DNA of 64,000 bases from Bryobacteraceae bacterium (GCA_035437465.1 DAOMYF010000003.1:391-64390); one strand, 5' to 3'; counted from the first letter of the stretch, positions 26,937-37,235 are shown. The notes: generated by a model from the letters alone, not told the origin. Numbers and translations: made by a program.

Positions 26937-27019
26937 GATTCTGGTTTCGCTAGCAGACGGGGTTCCGGCCGTCCTCGCGGGTGCTTCGTGATGAGTGGAA
27001 GATGGCCGGGTCTGCGGCT

Positions 27020-28258
27020 TCAGGCTTCAACGGGGTCTTCGACCCGGCGGTAGCGGCGTTCGACGTAGTCGTTGAGCATGTCGGTGAATTCGGCGACGAT
27101 GTGGTCGCCGCGGAGGGTCTTCACCAGTTTGCCGTCGACGTAAACGGGCGCGACGGGTTCCTCGAAGGTGCCGGGGAGCGAGATGCCGATGTTGGCGTGT
27201 TTGGATTCGCCGGGGCCGTTGACGACACAGCCCATCACGGCGACCTTCATCTCCTCGACGCCGGGGTGGGTGGACTTCCAGAGGGGCATCTGGTCGCGAA
27301 GGTAGGTCTGAATCTGGTCGGCCATCTCCTGGAAGAAGGTGGACGTGGTTCGTCCGCAACCGGGGCAGGCGGCGACCTGAGGGGTGAAACTGCGGATGCC
27401 GAGGGCCTGGAGGATCTGTTGGGAGACGATGACTTCCTCGGTACGGTCGCCGTTTGGCATCGGGGTGAGGGAGGCACGGATGGTGTCGCCGATGCCCTCC
27501 TGAAGGAGGACGGAGAGGGCGGCGGTGGTGGCGACGATGCCCTTCGAGCCCATGCCGGCTTCGGTCAGGCCGAGATGGAGGGGGTAATCGCACTCGGCGG
27601 CGAGCATGCGATAGACGTCGATGAGGTCCTGGACGGTGGAGACCTTGGCGCTGATGATGATGCGGTCGTGGGGGAGGCCGTAGGATTCGGCGAGGCGGGC
27701 GGATTCGAGGGCGGAGACGACGATGCAGCGTTTGGTGACGTCGGCGGCGTCGAGGGGGTTGGGGCTGTTGGCGTTTTCGTCCATCATGCGGGTGAGGAGG
27801 GCTCCGTCGAGGGAACCCCAGTTGACGCCGATGCGGACGGGTTTGCCGTACTCGATCGCGGCCTCGATCATGGTCCGGTAGTTCTCGTCGGTTTTGCGGC
27901 CGATGCTGACATTGCCGGGATTGATGCGATATTTCGCAAGTGCTTTGGCGCAATCCGGATATTTCTTGAGGAGAATGTGGCCGTTGTAATGAAAATCGCC
28001 GACAATTGGAACGCGAACGCCGAAAGCGGAGAGGGTTTCGGCTATCTTTGGAACGGCGCGGGCAGCTTCCTCGGTGTTGACGGTGATGCGGACGATCTCG
28101 GAACCGGCCTGGGCGAGGGCGGAGACCTGATTGACGGTGCCGGCGATATCGACGGTGTCGGTATTGGTCATCGACTGGACGACGACGGGGTGTCCGCCGC
28201 CCACCAGGACGCCGCCGACGTTGACGGTCACGCACTGCCTGCGCTGTATGTTCGCCAT
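27020..28258 (-). CDS. ispG: 4-hydroxy-3-methylbut-2-en-1-yl diphosphate synthase (flavodoxin)
   Basis: 412 aa. N-terminus [20 protein letters not shown], plus a C-terminal [4Fe-4S] Cys region (ACPGCGRT ... [11 protein letters not shown]). Confidence 0.95.
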   Translation of the reverse strand: MANIQRRQCVTVNVGGVLVGGGHPVVVQSMTNTDTVDIAGTVNQVSALAQAGSEIVRITVNTEEAARAVPKIAETLSAFGVRVPIVGDFHYNGHILLKKYPDCAKALAKYRINPGNVSIGRKTDENYRTMIEAAIEYGKPVRIGVNWGSLDGALLTRMMDENANSPNPLDAADVTKRCIVVSALESARLAESYGLPHDRIIISAKVSTVQDLIDVYRMLAAECDYPLHLGLTEAGMGSKGIVATTAALSVLLQEGIGDTIRASLTPMPNGDRTEEVIVSQQILQALGIRSFTPQVAACPGCGRTTSTFFQEMADQIQTYLRDQMPLWKSTHPGVEEMKVAVMGCVVNGPGESKHANIGISLPGTFEEPVAPVYVDGKLVKTLRGDHIVAEFTDMLNDYVERRYRRVEDPVEA

Positions 28259-28465
28259 GAATCCTCCGGAGAGCTTCTATTTTAGCAAGAGGCGAGAGTA
28301 AAATTTCGCCGGTCAATGAGGGTCATCAGTAGTTTGTATTGGCGGGAGCGGGAATAAGGTTTAGAATAGAGGAGTAACGCGATCCGGCGCAGTCCGAATC
28401 GTAATGTCCTCCACGCCGAGATCGAGGACCCCCAAGTGGTATAGACCCAAGGGAGGGCTCCTGAG

Positions 28466-28828
28466 ATGCAAAGGAAAAGAGAACCCGCGAAAGCCTACCT
28501 GGCGGGACTCGACGGGATCCTGGGCGCGGAATTGAAGAAAGTGCTCCAGGCTTCCTCTTGTGAACTGACCGACGACCCGAACCGTGCGCAGATTGTCTTC
28601 TGCGGCTGGGACTCGCCGGCGTGCCGTGAAGCGGCCGGGCGGTTTGGCAATGTCCCGGTGGTGGTGGTCAGCCGGTTACCGGAAGTGAATGTCTGGCTGG
28701 ACGCTCTGGAAGCAGGCGCGGCCGACTATTGCGCATCCCCGTTCGAAGCGGTCCATTTACGCTGGCTGCTGGATACCCATGTCTGGCGCCGGCCCCAACC
28801 CCCAAAGACGAGGCGGGCGGCGGCCTGA
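28466..28828 (+). CDS. Stand-alone receiver-like (REC) domain protein, probably degenerate
   Basis: The beta3-like IVFCGWDSP, beta4-like PVVVVSRL and ALEAGAADYCASPF resemble CheY-like receivers. The conserved Lys (KPF) is replaced by Ser (SPF). Confidence 0.5.
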   Translation: MQRKREPAKAYLAGLDGILGAELKKVLQASSCELTDDPNRAQIVFCGWDSPACREAAGRFGNVPVVVVSRLPEVNVWLDALEAGAADYCASPFEAVHLRWLLDTHVWRRPQPPKTRRAAA

Positions 28829-28954
28829 GGGCCGTCGCAGCCGCCATGCACTCTGACTGAAGCCGCCCCGTTGGCCTGATCCCTGTTTGTTTCAACCCGT
28901 TCAGCCGGTCCCCGTCCGCCCAAGTTCAACTCACTTCAATTTGGAGGACGGATT

Positions 28955-29812
28955 ATGCCTGGATTCAGGTGGTTACTCGTGGTGTGCGTGTGGGCGGCGG
29001 CCGGTGGTCCGGCCCTCGGTCAGAGTGCGGCGGGAGGCTGGCTGACGGGGAGACTGGTCTCGGACGCTCCGATGCAGTTTGACCGGTTCCGGGTTGAGGC
29101 GGCGGCGACGGCACTGAGCCGGGGGCAACCGGCGACGGCGATTGTGTCGGTGGATGGCGGATTCCGAATGCAGGACTGGGGCGAGGGGGCGGTGGAATTG
29201 AGGGTGATCAACGTGGCAGGCGCGGTGGTGGCGCGGCGGCTGGTGACGGCGCGGCAGCCGGGGGAGATCGAGATCCGGATCGAGGGAGCCGCGGAGACGC
29301 CGCCGGCGCGGGCGGCGGTCAGCCTGTACCGGCTTCGGCACAAGACGCCGAAGCAGGCATTGAAGTGCTGGCGCAAAGCAGCCAGCTTGGCGAAGGCCGG
29401 GCGAAAGGATGAGGCGGAGCGGTACTTGCGGGAGGCGGTTCGGCTGGATCCGGAGTTCGCCGATGCGCTGGAGCAATTGGGGGTGTATGCGCTGGCGAGA
29501 AAGGAGTACGAGGCGGCGCGCGGGTATCTGATCCGGGCGGCGGACCTGGACGGGGCGAACGGGGAGTTTCAGAGCCACGCGGCGGTGGCGGAACTGATGT
29601 CGGGACGCCCGGAGGAGGCGGAAGCGCGGGCACGGCTGGCGCGGCGGTTGTCGCCGGAACAGGGGCGGGCGAAGTACGTGCTGGGGCTTGCGTTGCTGAG
29701 ACAGGGCAAGGGGACTCCGGAGGCACTGAGGAACCTGGAGGAGGCGTCCGCGGAGTTTCCAGGGGCGAAGGCGATCGTGGCGCAACTCCGGAGCGGGCGT
29801 CAGCATCCATGA
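28955..29812 (+). CDS. Secreted TPR-repeat protein with N-terminal beta-sandwich-like region
   Basis: Signal peptide, then TPR-like units (AERYLREAVRLDPEFADALEQLGVYALARKEYEAARGYLIRAADLD). Confidence 0.7.
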   Translation: MPGFRWLLVVCVWAAAGGPALGQSAAGGWLTGRLVSDAPMQFDRFRVEAAATALSRGQPATAIVSVDGGFRMQDWGEGAVELRVINVAGAVVARRLVTARQPGEIEIRIEGAAETPPARAAVSLYRLRHKTPKQALKCWRKAASLAKAGRKDEAERYLREAVRLDPEFADALEQLGVYALARKEYEAARGYLIRAADLDGANGEFQSHAAVAELMSGRPEEAEARARLARRLSPEQGRAKYVLGLALLRQGKGTPEALRNLEEASAEFPGAKAIVAQLRSGRQHP

Positions 29813-30892
29813 ATGGGAGGGAGTTGCGCGCAACCCCCTGATATACTTGAGGGTGGAGAGGGAGCGTCTTTGGCCTTGAACTGGAAACAATTTGGACGTC
29901 TGGCCGTTCACACGCAGATGTTGCCGGTGCTGGAGAGCGGCGAGGAAACTCTCGTCGGCGGGCAGGCGGTGATGGAAGGCGTGATGATGCGGACCCCGCA
30001 CAGCTATTGCACGGCGGTTCGCAAGGCGGACGGCTCGATGGTGACCGAAGAAGCGCCGCTGGCGCGGGTGTCGGAGAAGTATCCACTGTTCAAGTACCCG
30101 ATCATTCGCGGGGTGGGGACGCTGGGGCAGGCGATGTGGCTGGGCGTGAAGGCGTTGCGGTTCTCGGCGAATGTGGCGGCGGCGGATCTGGCCGAAGAAG
30201 AGGCGAAGAAGAAGGGCGAGAGCCTGCAACCCGGCAAGAAGGCGTCGGGTGAGATTCCGGGCTGGGCGATGGCGCTGAACCTGGTGTTTTCGTTCGCTTT
30301 TTTCATCTTTTTGTACAAGTTTGTGCCTCTGGTGCTGACAACGCAGTTGCAAACGCAGTTTCCCGGGATCGAGAATCCGATTGCGTTCAATCTGGTGGAC
30401 GGGGTGATCCGGCTGGTGATCTTCCTGGGGTTCCTGTGGATGATTTCGCAGTGGGCGGACATCCGGCGGGTGTTTGAGTTCCACGGGGCGGAGCACAAGG
30501 TGGTGTTCAACTTCGAGTCCGGCAAGCCGCTGACGGTGGAGAACGCGCAAAAGTTCGTGACCTTTCACCCGCGGTGTGGGACGAGTTTCCTGCTGGTGGT
30601 GATGCTGGTGTCGATCGTGGTGTACGCGGTGATTCCGGCGCACACGTTCGTGGCGAAGATGGCGTTGCGGGTGCTGGCGTTACCGCTGATCATGGGGCTG
30701 AGTTACGAGATGATCCGTTTCGCGGCGAAGCGGCGGGCGAGTCTGATGGCGTTGATCACGGCGCCGGGGTTGTGGCTGCAGCGGATCACGACAAAGCCTC
30801 CGGCGGACGATCAGACCGAGGTGGCGATCCATGCGCTGGAGGGGGCGATGGAGTTGGAGAAGCAGCACGGGGGCGAGTTGGTGATCGCCTGA
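29813..30892 (+). CDS. DUF1385 family membrane protein (prfA/prmC-linked)
   Basis: [29 protein letters not shown], plus TM helices. The true start is more likely ATG 29918 (MLPVLESG...) or TTG 29876 than 29813. Confidence 0.85.
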   Translation: MGGSCAQPPDILEGGEGASLALNWKQFGRLAVHTQMLPVLESGEETLVGGQAVMEGVMMRTPHSYCTAVRKADGSMVTEEAPLARVSEKYPLFKYPIIRGVGTLGQAMWLGVKALRFSANVAAADLAEEEAKKKGESLQPGKKASGEIPGWAMALNLVFSFAFFIFLYKFVPLVLTTQLQTQFPGIENPIAFNLVDGVIRLVIFLGFLWMISQWADIRRVFEFHGAEHKVVFNFESGKPLTVENAQKFVTFHPRCGTSFLLVVMLVSIVVYAVIPAHTFVAKMALRVLALPLIMGLSYEMIRFAAKRRASLMALITAPGLWLQRITTKPPADDQTEVAIHALEGAMELEKQHGGELVIA

Positions 30893-30915
30893 GCGGCGGT
30901 CTGATCTGGAATTTT

Positions 30916-32004
30916 ATGGAATTTACCCGGCAGTTGGATGACGTCGAACGGCGTTACGAGGAGTTGACCGCGCAACTGGGCGACGAGAGCGTGGTGAACG
31001 ATCCGGAGAAGTACCGCAAAGCGGCGAAGGCGCAGCGGGATCTCGAGGAGATCGTGGAGGCATACCGCGAGTACAAGCGGCTTGCGGATGCATTCGAACA
31101 GGCGCAGGGGATGCGCACGGAGAGCGATCCGGACCTGCGGCAAATGGCTGAAGACGAGATCACTGAACTCCAGCCGAAGATCGATGCGCAGGTGGAGCAG
31201 TTGCGTTTCCTGCTGCTGCCAAAAGATCCGAACGACGACAAGGACGTGCTTCTTGAGATCCGCGCCGGGGCGGGCGGGGACGAAGCGAGCCTGTTCGCGG
31301 CGGAGATGTTCCGGGTGTATTCGCGGTACGCGGAAGGGCAGCGCTGGAAGGTGGAACTGACGTCGATGAGCGAGTCGGGCGCCGGGGGCGTGAAGGAAGT
31401 GATCGCGCTGATCAGCGGCAACAAGGTGTATTCGCGGCTGAAGTACGAGAGCGGCGTGCACCGGGTGCAGCGCGTGCCGGTGACTGAACAGCAGGGCCGG
31501 ATTCACACGTCCACTATCACCGTGGCGGTGCTGCCGGAAGCCGACGACGTGGAGATCAAGATCGATCCGAAGGACGTGCGCATCGATACGTTCTGCTCGT
31601 CGGGACCGGGCGGGCAGAGCGTGAACACCACCTATTCGGCGGTGCGGATGACGCATCTGCCGACGGGTCTGGTGGTGAGCTGTCAGGACGAGAAGTCGCA
31701 GATCAAGAACCGGGCGAAGGCGGAGCGCGTGCTGCGTTCGCGGCTCTACGAACTGGAACTGGAAAAGCAGATGCAGGCGATTGGGGCGGACCGCCGGAGC
31801 CAGGTGGGCACGGGCGACCGCAGCGAGAAGATCCGGACGTACAATTTCAAGGAAAACCGGGTGACGGATCACCGGATCGGACTGACGCTGCACCAGTTGG
31901 ACCGGATCATGGAGGGCGAGGTCGGGGAATTGCTCGATGCCTGCACGTCGCACTTCAATGCACGGAAGCTGAAGGAACAGGCGCAGGATCAGGCGGTGGC
32001 CTGA
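30916..32004 (+). CDS. prfA: Peptide chain release factor 1
   Basis: Starts [17 protein letters not shown]. Has a PVT tripeptide ([14 protein letters not shown]) and the GGQ motif ([12 protein letters not shown]). The maximal ORF begins at 30574. Confidence 0.95.
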   Translation: MEFTRQLDDVERRYEELTAQLGDESVVNDPEKYRKAAKAQRDLEEIVEAYREYKRLADAFEQAQGMRTESDPDLRQMAEDEITELQPKIDAQVEQLRFLLLPKDPNDDKDVLLEIRAGAGGDEASLFAAEMFRVYSRYAEGQRWKVELTSMSESGAGGVKEVIALISGNKVYSRLKYESGVHRVQRVPVTEQQGRIHTSTITVAVLPEADDVEIKIDPKDVRIDTFCSSGPGGQSVNTTYSAVRMTHLPTGLVVSCQDEKSQIKNRAKAERVLRSRLYELELEKQMQAIGADRRSQVGTGDRSEKIRTYNFKENRVTDHRIGLTLHQLDRIMEGEVGELLDACTSHFNARKLKEQAQDQAVA

Positions 32005-32020
32005 AGGCGGGAGCGGCGCG

Positions 32021-32851
32021 GTGACGGCGGGATCGGCGCTGCGGCAGGGTCAGGCACTTCTGGAAGGGGGCGGGGTGGCCGAGGCGCGGCTGACGGCGGA
32101 AGTGCTGTTGTGTCACGCCTTGCGGCGTGAACGGGTCTATCTGTACAGCCATCCCGAACATGAGCTTTCAACGGTGGAATGGCTGCACTACGGGCGCTAT
32201 CTGCACGAGCGGCTGAAGGGCAAACCGACCCAGTACATTACCCGGCGGCAGGAATTTTTCGGGCGCGAGTTCGTGGTGAGCGCGGAGGTGCTGATTCCGC
32301 GGCCGGAGACCGAGCATGTCGTGGAACGGGCGGCGGCGGTGGCGCGCGAGGCGCGGCGGGTGCTGGACATCGGCACGGGGTCGGGAGCGCTGGCGGTGAC
32401 GCTGGCGCTGGAACAGGGCAGGGAACTGGTGGTGGCGACCGACATCAGCGCGGGGGCGTTGCGGGTGGCGCGGGAGAATGCGCGGCGGTTGGGGGCGTTG
32501 GTCCGATTGGTCCGGACGGACCTGGCGGCCGGTTTGGGGGGGGCGTTTGACCTGATTGTGTCGAATCCGCCATACATTCCCGAGTCCGAAATCGCGCATT
32601 TGCAGCACGAAGTGCGGGACTGGGAGCCTCGGGTGGCGCTGGCGGGCGGCGCGGACGGAGCGGAGCCATACCGGCGGATCGTGCCGGAAGCGGAGCGGCT
32701 ATTGCGGCCGGGCGGCTGGCTGATCTTCGAGATTGGGTTTCAGATCGAGGCGGCGGTCCGGGCGGCGTTTGGTCCGCGGTGGAGGGATATCGAGACCGGC
32801 TGTGATCTGGCGGGGCTTCCGCGGGTGATTTCGGGGCGCTACGCTCCTTAA
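32021..32851 (+). CDS. prmC: Release factor glutamine N5-methyltransferase
   Basis: GTG start 17 nt after prfA. SAM-binding motif VLDIGTGSGALAV and catalytic NPPY (VSNPPYIP). Confidence 0.9.
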   Translation: MTAGSALRQGQALLEGGGVAEARLTAEVLLCHALRRERVYLYSHPEHELSTVEWLHYGRYLHERLKGKPTQYITRRQEFFGREFVVSAEVLIPRPETEHVVERAAAVAREARRVLDIGTGSGALAVTLALEQGRELVVATDISAGALRVARENARRLGALVRLVRTDLAAGLGGAFDLIVSNPPYIPESEIAHLQHEVRDWEPRVALAGGADGAEPYRRIVPEAERLLRPGGWLIFEIGFQIEAAVRAAFGPRWRDIETGCDLAGLPRVISGRYAP

Positions 32852-32862
32852 GAAGGCCCAAA

Positions 32863-34086
32863 ATGATCTTCCACGTGGACATGGACGCGTTTTTTGTGTC
32901 GGTGGAGGAGTTGTTTGACCCCTCGCTGAGGGGCAAGGCGGTGGTGGTGGGCGGGCAGAGGGACCAGCGCGGGGTGGTGTCGGCGGCGAGTTACGAGGCG
33001 CGCAAGTTCGGGGTGCACTCGGCGCTACCGTTGCGGACGGCGGCGCAGAGGTGTCCGCACGCGATCTTCCTGGACGGGCATCCGGAACGCTACCGGGAGT
33101 ATTCGCACAAAGTGCACGGGGTTCTGGAGTCGTTTACGCCAAAGGTGGAGATGGCGTCGGTGGACGAGGCGTATCTGGACATGACGGGAAGCGAGCGGCT
33201 GTGGGGACCGCCGCTGCGGGCGGCGGACCGGCTGCACGAGCGGATGAAGCGGGAGACGGGGTTGAACTGTTCGGTGGGGATCGCCACTTCGAGGCTGGTG
33301 GCGAAAGTGGCGAGCGATCAGGCGAAGCCGAACGGGATTTTGTGGATCCAGCCGGGGGTGGAGGCGGCGTTTCTGGCTCCTCTGGACGTGAGAAAGCTGC
33401 CCGGGGTGGGCAAAGTGACGGAGAAGCGGCTGCACGAGTTGGGGATCCGGCGGGTCGGGGATCTGTCGAGGCTGGAGGCGTCGTTCCTGGAGCGGCGGTT
33501 CGGTCAGTGGGGACTGGCGCTGGCGGGGAAGGCGCAGGGCATGGACGCGGGCGGGTGGTTTGACAGCGAAATCGGGGAGCACGAGGATCCGAAGTCGATC
33601 AGCCACGAGCACACGTTCGACGAAGACACCGCGGACGCGGGCAGGCTGGAGGCAACGCTGACGCGGCTGACCGAAAAGGTGGCGCGAAGGCTCCGGGAGC
33701 ATGCATTTCATGCGCGAACCGTGCATTTGAAGCTGCGGAATGCGTCATTTGAGACGATAACGCGGGCAAAGACGCTCTCCGGGGCGACGCAACTGGACGT
33801 GGAACTGATTCAGGCGTCGCGGGAGATGTTCCGGAAGGCGTGGGATGGGGGGAAGGTCCGTTTGATCGGGGTGGGGGTGTCGGGGTTCGAGAAGACCGAG
33901 GGGCAACTGGGCCTGCTGGACGGGGAGCGGGTGGAGCGGGCGAAGCGGGCGCTGACGGCGGTGGACCGGTTACGGGACAAGTTCGGGGAGAAGAGCGTGA
34001 CGCTGGCGAGCGGGATGGCGGGGGGGACGCCGGAGCGGGTGCACGAGAACCCGGTGGGATTGCCGGGCAAAGGGCCGAAGAAGTAG
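32863..34086 (+). CDS. dinB: DNA polymerase IV (Y-family)
   Basis: MIFHVDMDAFFVSVEE, SVDEAYLDMT, and a little-finger-like C-terminal region. Confidence 0.95.
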   Translation: MIFHVDMDAFFVSVEELFDPSLRGKAVVVGGQRDQRGVVSAASYEARKFGVHSALPLRTAAQRCPHAIFLDGHPERYREYSHKVHGVLESFTPKVEMASVDEAYLDMTGSERLWGPPLRAADRLHERMKRETGLNCSVGIATSRLVAKVASDQAKPNGILWIQPGVEAAFLAPLDVRKLPGVGKVTEKRLHELGIRRVGDLSRLEASFLERRFGQWGLALAGKAQGMDAGGWFDSEIGEHEDPKSISHEHTFDEDTADAGRLEATLTRLTEKVARRLREHAFHARTVHLKLRNASFETITRAKTLSGATQLDVELIQASREMFRKAWDGGKVRLIGVGVSGFEKTEGQLGLLDGERVERAKRALTAVDRLRDKFGEKSVTLASGMAGGTPERVHENPVGLPGKGPKK

Positions 34087-34205
34087 CGAAGGCCCGGCCG
34101 TCGGGTGAGGTTTTTCGCGCTGGACCGGACGGCGGGCTACAATTGACGAACTGGTGCGTGTTATAATTCAAGGGTCTGACTGCGCCTGTCGCGGCTGCCA
34201 CGGGA

Positions 34206-34235
34206 TTGACTTCGGCGGCTGTGCGTCCGTAGAAT
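34206..34235 (+). promoter_or_regulatory. Putative sigma-70-type promoter for rplM-rpsI
   Basis: TTGACT (34206-34211), an 18-nt spacer, then TAGAAT (34230-34235), about 38 nt upstream of the rplM ATG. Confidence 0.4.
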
Positions 34236-34272
34236 CAAAAGTTTGGATTCCGTTACCGGAGATGGTTTGTCT

Positions 34273-34707
34273 ATGAAGACCGAATTTCCGTCCAAGAGCG
34301 AGATTGTGCGTACCTGGCATGTGATCGACGCCAGCGAAGCCGCTCTGGGACGTCTCGCCAGCCAGGCGGCCAAAGTACTGATGGGCAAGAACAAGCCGAC
34401 GTACACGCCGTTTCTGGACACGGGCGACCATGTGATCGTGATCAACGCGGAAAAGGCTGTCCTGACGGGCAACAAAGAGAGCCAGAAGGTGTACCGGCGT
34501 CACTCGGGGTATCCGGGTGGGCTGAAAGAGGTTCCCGCGGCCCGGATGCGCCAGACGCGCCCGGTGAAGATGGTGGAAGAAGCCATCAAGGGTATGCTGC
34601 CGAAGACGAAGCTCGGCAAGCAGATGTACCGCAAGCTGAAGGTGTATGCGGGCGAGCAGCATCCGCATGAAGCGCAGCAGCCGCGGGCGATGGCGGTGGC
34701 GCGCTAA
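34273..34707 (+). CDS. rplM: 50S ribosomal protein L13
   Basis: [49 protein letters not shown] and [10 protein letters not shown]. Confidence 0.95.
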   Translation: MKTEFPSKSEIVRTWHVIDASEAALGRLASQAAKVLMGKNKPTYTPFLDTGDHVIVINAEKAVLTGNKESQKVYRRHSGYPGGLKEVPAARMRQTRPVKMVEEAIKGMLPKTKLGKQMYRKLKVYAGEQHPHEAQQPRAMAVAR

Positions 34708-34735
34708 GCGCGGACGTTACAGGAGGGACACGAAC

Positions 34736-35128
34736 TTGGCATTACTGCAATATTTGGCCACCGGACGCCGCAAGCGGGCGACGGTGCGGGTGTTTTTGCG
34801 GCCTGGCACGGGCAACATCAAGGTGAACGGCCGGCCTTGGGACCAGTACTTTACGACGTATTCGTCGCGCGCGGTGGTTCGTCAGCCGTTGCAGGCGTCG
34901 GAGATGGCCGAGAAGTTTGACGTGTTGTTGAACTGCACGGGCGGCGGCGTGACGGGACAGTCGGAAGCGGCGCGGATGGGCATTGCCCGCGCGCTCTGCG
35001 ACTTCAACCTGGAGTTGCGGCCGAAGCTGAAGTCGCTGGGCTACCTGCGGCGCGATCCGCGGGAGCACGAGCGCGGCAAGTACGGCAAGAAGGGTGCGAG
35101 AGCGCGCTTCCAGTTCTCCAAGCGCTAG
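34736..35128 (+). CDS. rpsI: 30S ribosomal protein S9
   Basis: TTG start with AGGAGG 9 nt upstream. Contains [14 protein letters not shown] and a C-terminal [19 protein letters not shown]. The maximal ORF from 34646 overlaps rplM. Confidence 0.9.
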   Translation: MALLQYLATGRRKRATVRVFLRPGTGNIKVNGRPWDQYFTTYSSRAVVRQPLQASEMAEKFDVLLNCTGGGVTGQSEAARMGIARALCDFNLELRPKLKSLGYLRRDPREHERGKYGKKGARARFQFSKR

Positions 35129-35148
35129 ATTTTTGTGTTCGAAATGGC

Positions 35149-35246
35149 CCAGCCGCCAATCCTCCGGCAAATCTCGCTTTGGACCGCCGGAGAGCCATTG
35201 GCGGCTGGACTTGTGTCCACCCCCCGCCGGTTTTAACGCAAACCGG
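35149..35246 (+). promoter_or_regulatory. Structured rpsI-rpsB intergenic region (two hairpins); candidate terminator/attenuator or rpsB leader
   Basis: Outer 12-bp helix, CCAGCCGCCAAT (35149-35160) with ATTGGCGGCTGG (35197-35208). Inner 7-bp helix, CTCCGGC with GCCGGAG. A second hairpin, CCGGTTT-N6-AAACCGG, lies at 35227-35246. Confidence 0.4.
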
Positions 35247-35266
35247 TACTGAAATCGAGGTACAAA

Positions 35267-36193
35267 TTGCCTACCATTACGATGAAAGAATTGCTCGAAG
35301 CGGGCGTTCACTTCGGGCACCAGACCAGGCGCTGGAATCCGAAGATGAAAGAATACATCTTCGGCGAACGCAACGGGATTTACATTATTGACCTGCAGAA
35401 GACGCAGAAGCTCTTCAAGGACGCGATGCAGTACGTGGCGCGGCAGGCGGCGATGGGCAAGACGATCCTGTTTGTCGGCACGAAGCGGCAGGCGCAGGAA
35501 GCGATCATGGAAGAGGCCACGCGCTGCGGGATGTACTACGTGAACAACCGCTGGCTGGGCGGGCTGTTGACGAACTTCGTCACCGTGAAGCAGTCGATCA
35601 AGCGGCTGAAGGATCTGGAAGCGGTTCTGGACGAAGGCGCGGGTGAGCGCCGGACGAAGAAGGAACTGATCGGGATGGAGCGCGAGCGCAAGAACCTGAT
35701 GCAGAACCTGGCCGGCATCAAGGACATGGCGGATCTGCCCGACATGCTGTTCGTGATTGACTCGCACAAGGAATCGATCGCGGTGCAGGAAGCGAAGAAG
35801 TTGGGAATTCCGGTGGTGGCGGTGGTGGACACCAACTGCGACCCCGACGATGTGACCTGGCCGATTCCCGGCAACGACGACGCGCTGCGGGCGATCAAGC
35901 TGTTCGCCAGCAAGATTTCGGACGCGATGCTGGAAGGCCGCGAACTGGCCAGCGAGCATGATTTCGCGACGGCCGAGGCGGCGGCGCCGGTGGAAGACGA
36001 TTCAGTGGACATGTCGCAGTACGCGCAGTACGTGGATCCGCGGCTGAACGAGGACGTGTTGACGGAAGGGATTTCGGATCTGGATCTGCCTTCGGTTTCG
36101 TTGCCGAAGAAACAGGCCGAGCCGGAAGCGGAAGCCGCCCCCGCGGAAGCGGAATCGGAACCTGCCGCGGCGGAGCCGGAAGCCAACCAATAA
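35267..36193 (+). CDS. rpsB: 30S ribosomal protein S2 with acidic Pro/Glu/Ala-rich C-terminal extension
   Basis: [22 protein letters not shown] and [10 protein letters not shown]. The start is probably TTG at 35267 (GAGG upstream). The tail reads ...[24 protein letters not shown]. Confidence 0.95.
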   Translation: MPTITMKELLEAGVHFGHQTRRWNPKMKEYIFGERNGIYIIDLQKTQKLFKDAMQYVARQAAMGKTILFVGTKRQAQEAIMEEATRCGMYYVNNRWLGGLLTNFVTVKQSIKRLKDLEAVLDEGAGERRTKKELIGMERERKNLMQNLAGIKDMADLPDMLFVIDSHKESIAVQEAKKLGIPVVAVVDTNCDPDDVTWPIPGNDDALRAIKLFASKISDAMLEGRELASEHDFATAEAAAPVEDDSVDMSQYAQYVDPRLNEDVLTEGISDLDLPSVSLPKKQAEPEAEAAPAEAESEPAAAEPEANQ

Positions 36194-36277
36194 TCCATCG
36201 GGTCCGCCGGCGGGCGTGAGCCAGCCGGCGGACCCGCAATCACCCCCCCAAGTATTGATCACGGAAGAGAGAGACGA

Positions 36278-37177
36278 ATGGCAGAGATCACGGCGAGTCT
36301 GGTAAAGCAACTGCGCGAGAAGACGGGCGCAGGCATGATGGAGTGCAAGAGCGCGCTGGTGGAAGCCAACGGCGATCTGGCGGAGGCGGAAGTTGTGTTG
36401 CGCAAGCGCGGCATGGCGAGCGCGGCGAAGAAGTCCGCGCGATCGGCGAAGCAGGGCCTGATTGGCGTGCAGATCAGCGCGGAAGGCAAGCTGGGCGTGC
36501 TCGTGGAAGTGAATTGTGAGAGCGACTTCGTGGCGCGCACGGAGGAGTTTCAGCAGATGGTGGCGTCGATGGGCGCGCTCATCGCGGAGAAAGCTCCGGC
36601 GGACGCGGCCGCGCTGATGGCGACCCCGACGGCCGAGGGGCCGGCGGTGGAAGAAATGCTGAAGAGCAAGATTGCGAAGATCGGCGAGAACATGGTGATC
36701 CCGCGGTTCGCCCGCTGCGAGGCGGCGGGCGTGTTGGGCAGCTATGTGCATCCTGGCTCGCAGTTGGCAGTGCTGGTGGACGTGACGAGTTCGGACGCGG
36801 CGGCGACGGCGAAGCCGGAGTTTGCCGAAGTGCTCCACGACATTGCGATGCAGGTGGCGGCGGCTGATCCGAAGTTCGTGAGCAAGGACGAGGTGACGGC
36901 TGAGTACCTCGAGAAGGAAAAGGACATTCAGCGGGCACGCGCGCTGGCTGAAGGCAAGCCGGAGAAGATCGTCGACAAGGTGGTCGAGGGCCGGATGGCG
37001 AAGTACTACGAGGAAGTGTGCCTGCTCGAACAGCCGTTCATCAAGGAAAACAGCGTGACGATTTCGCAGTACCTGGCCGACAAGGGCAAGGCGCTGGGGG
37101 CGACGCTGGGTGTGGCCGGCTATGTCCGCTTCAAGGTGGGCGAGACCGGAGCATCGGAAGAGACAGCCGCCGAGTAG
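36278..37177 (+). CDS. tsf: Translation elongation factor Ts
   Basis: MAEITASLVKQLREKTGAGMMECKSALVEANGDLAEA, the canonical EF-Ts UBA-like N-terminus. Confidence 0.95.
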   Translation: MAEITASLVKQLREKTGAGMMECKSALVEANGDLAEAEVVLRKRGMASAAKKSARSAKQGLIGVQISAEGKLGVLVEVNCESDFVARTEEFQQMVASMGALIAEKAPADAAALMATPTAEGPAVEEMLKSKIAKIGENMVIPRFARCEAAGVLGSYVHPGSQLAVLVDVTSSDAAATAKPEFAEVLHDIAMQVAAADPKFVSKDEVTAEYLEKEKDIQRARALAEGKPEKIVDKVVEGRMAKYYEEVCLLEQPFIKENSVTISQYLADKGKALGATLGVAGYVRFKVGETGASEETAAE

Positions 37178-37186
37178 GCGGGCATC

Positions 37187-37220
37187 AAGGGCAGGCTTCA
37201 CGGCCTGCCCTTTTCGATTT
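37187..37220 (+). terminator. Rho-independent terminator/attenuator after tsf
   Basis: Perfect 10-bp stem, AAGGGCAGGC / GCCTGCCCTT, with a 6-nt loop, followed by TTTTCGATTT. Confidence 0.55.
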
Positions 37221-37235
37221 CTGGGGGGAGTAGTG

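Noticed and set aside
26981-28316. Two ~430-aa ORFs (26981..28285 + and 27027..28316 -) overlapping ispG
   Set aside because: The ispG frame (27020..28258, minus strand) is unambiguous. The other two are an out-of-frame and an antisense high-GC ORF.
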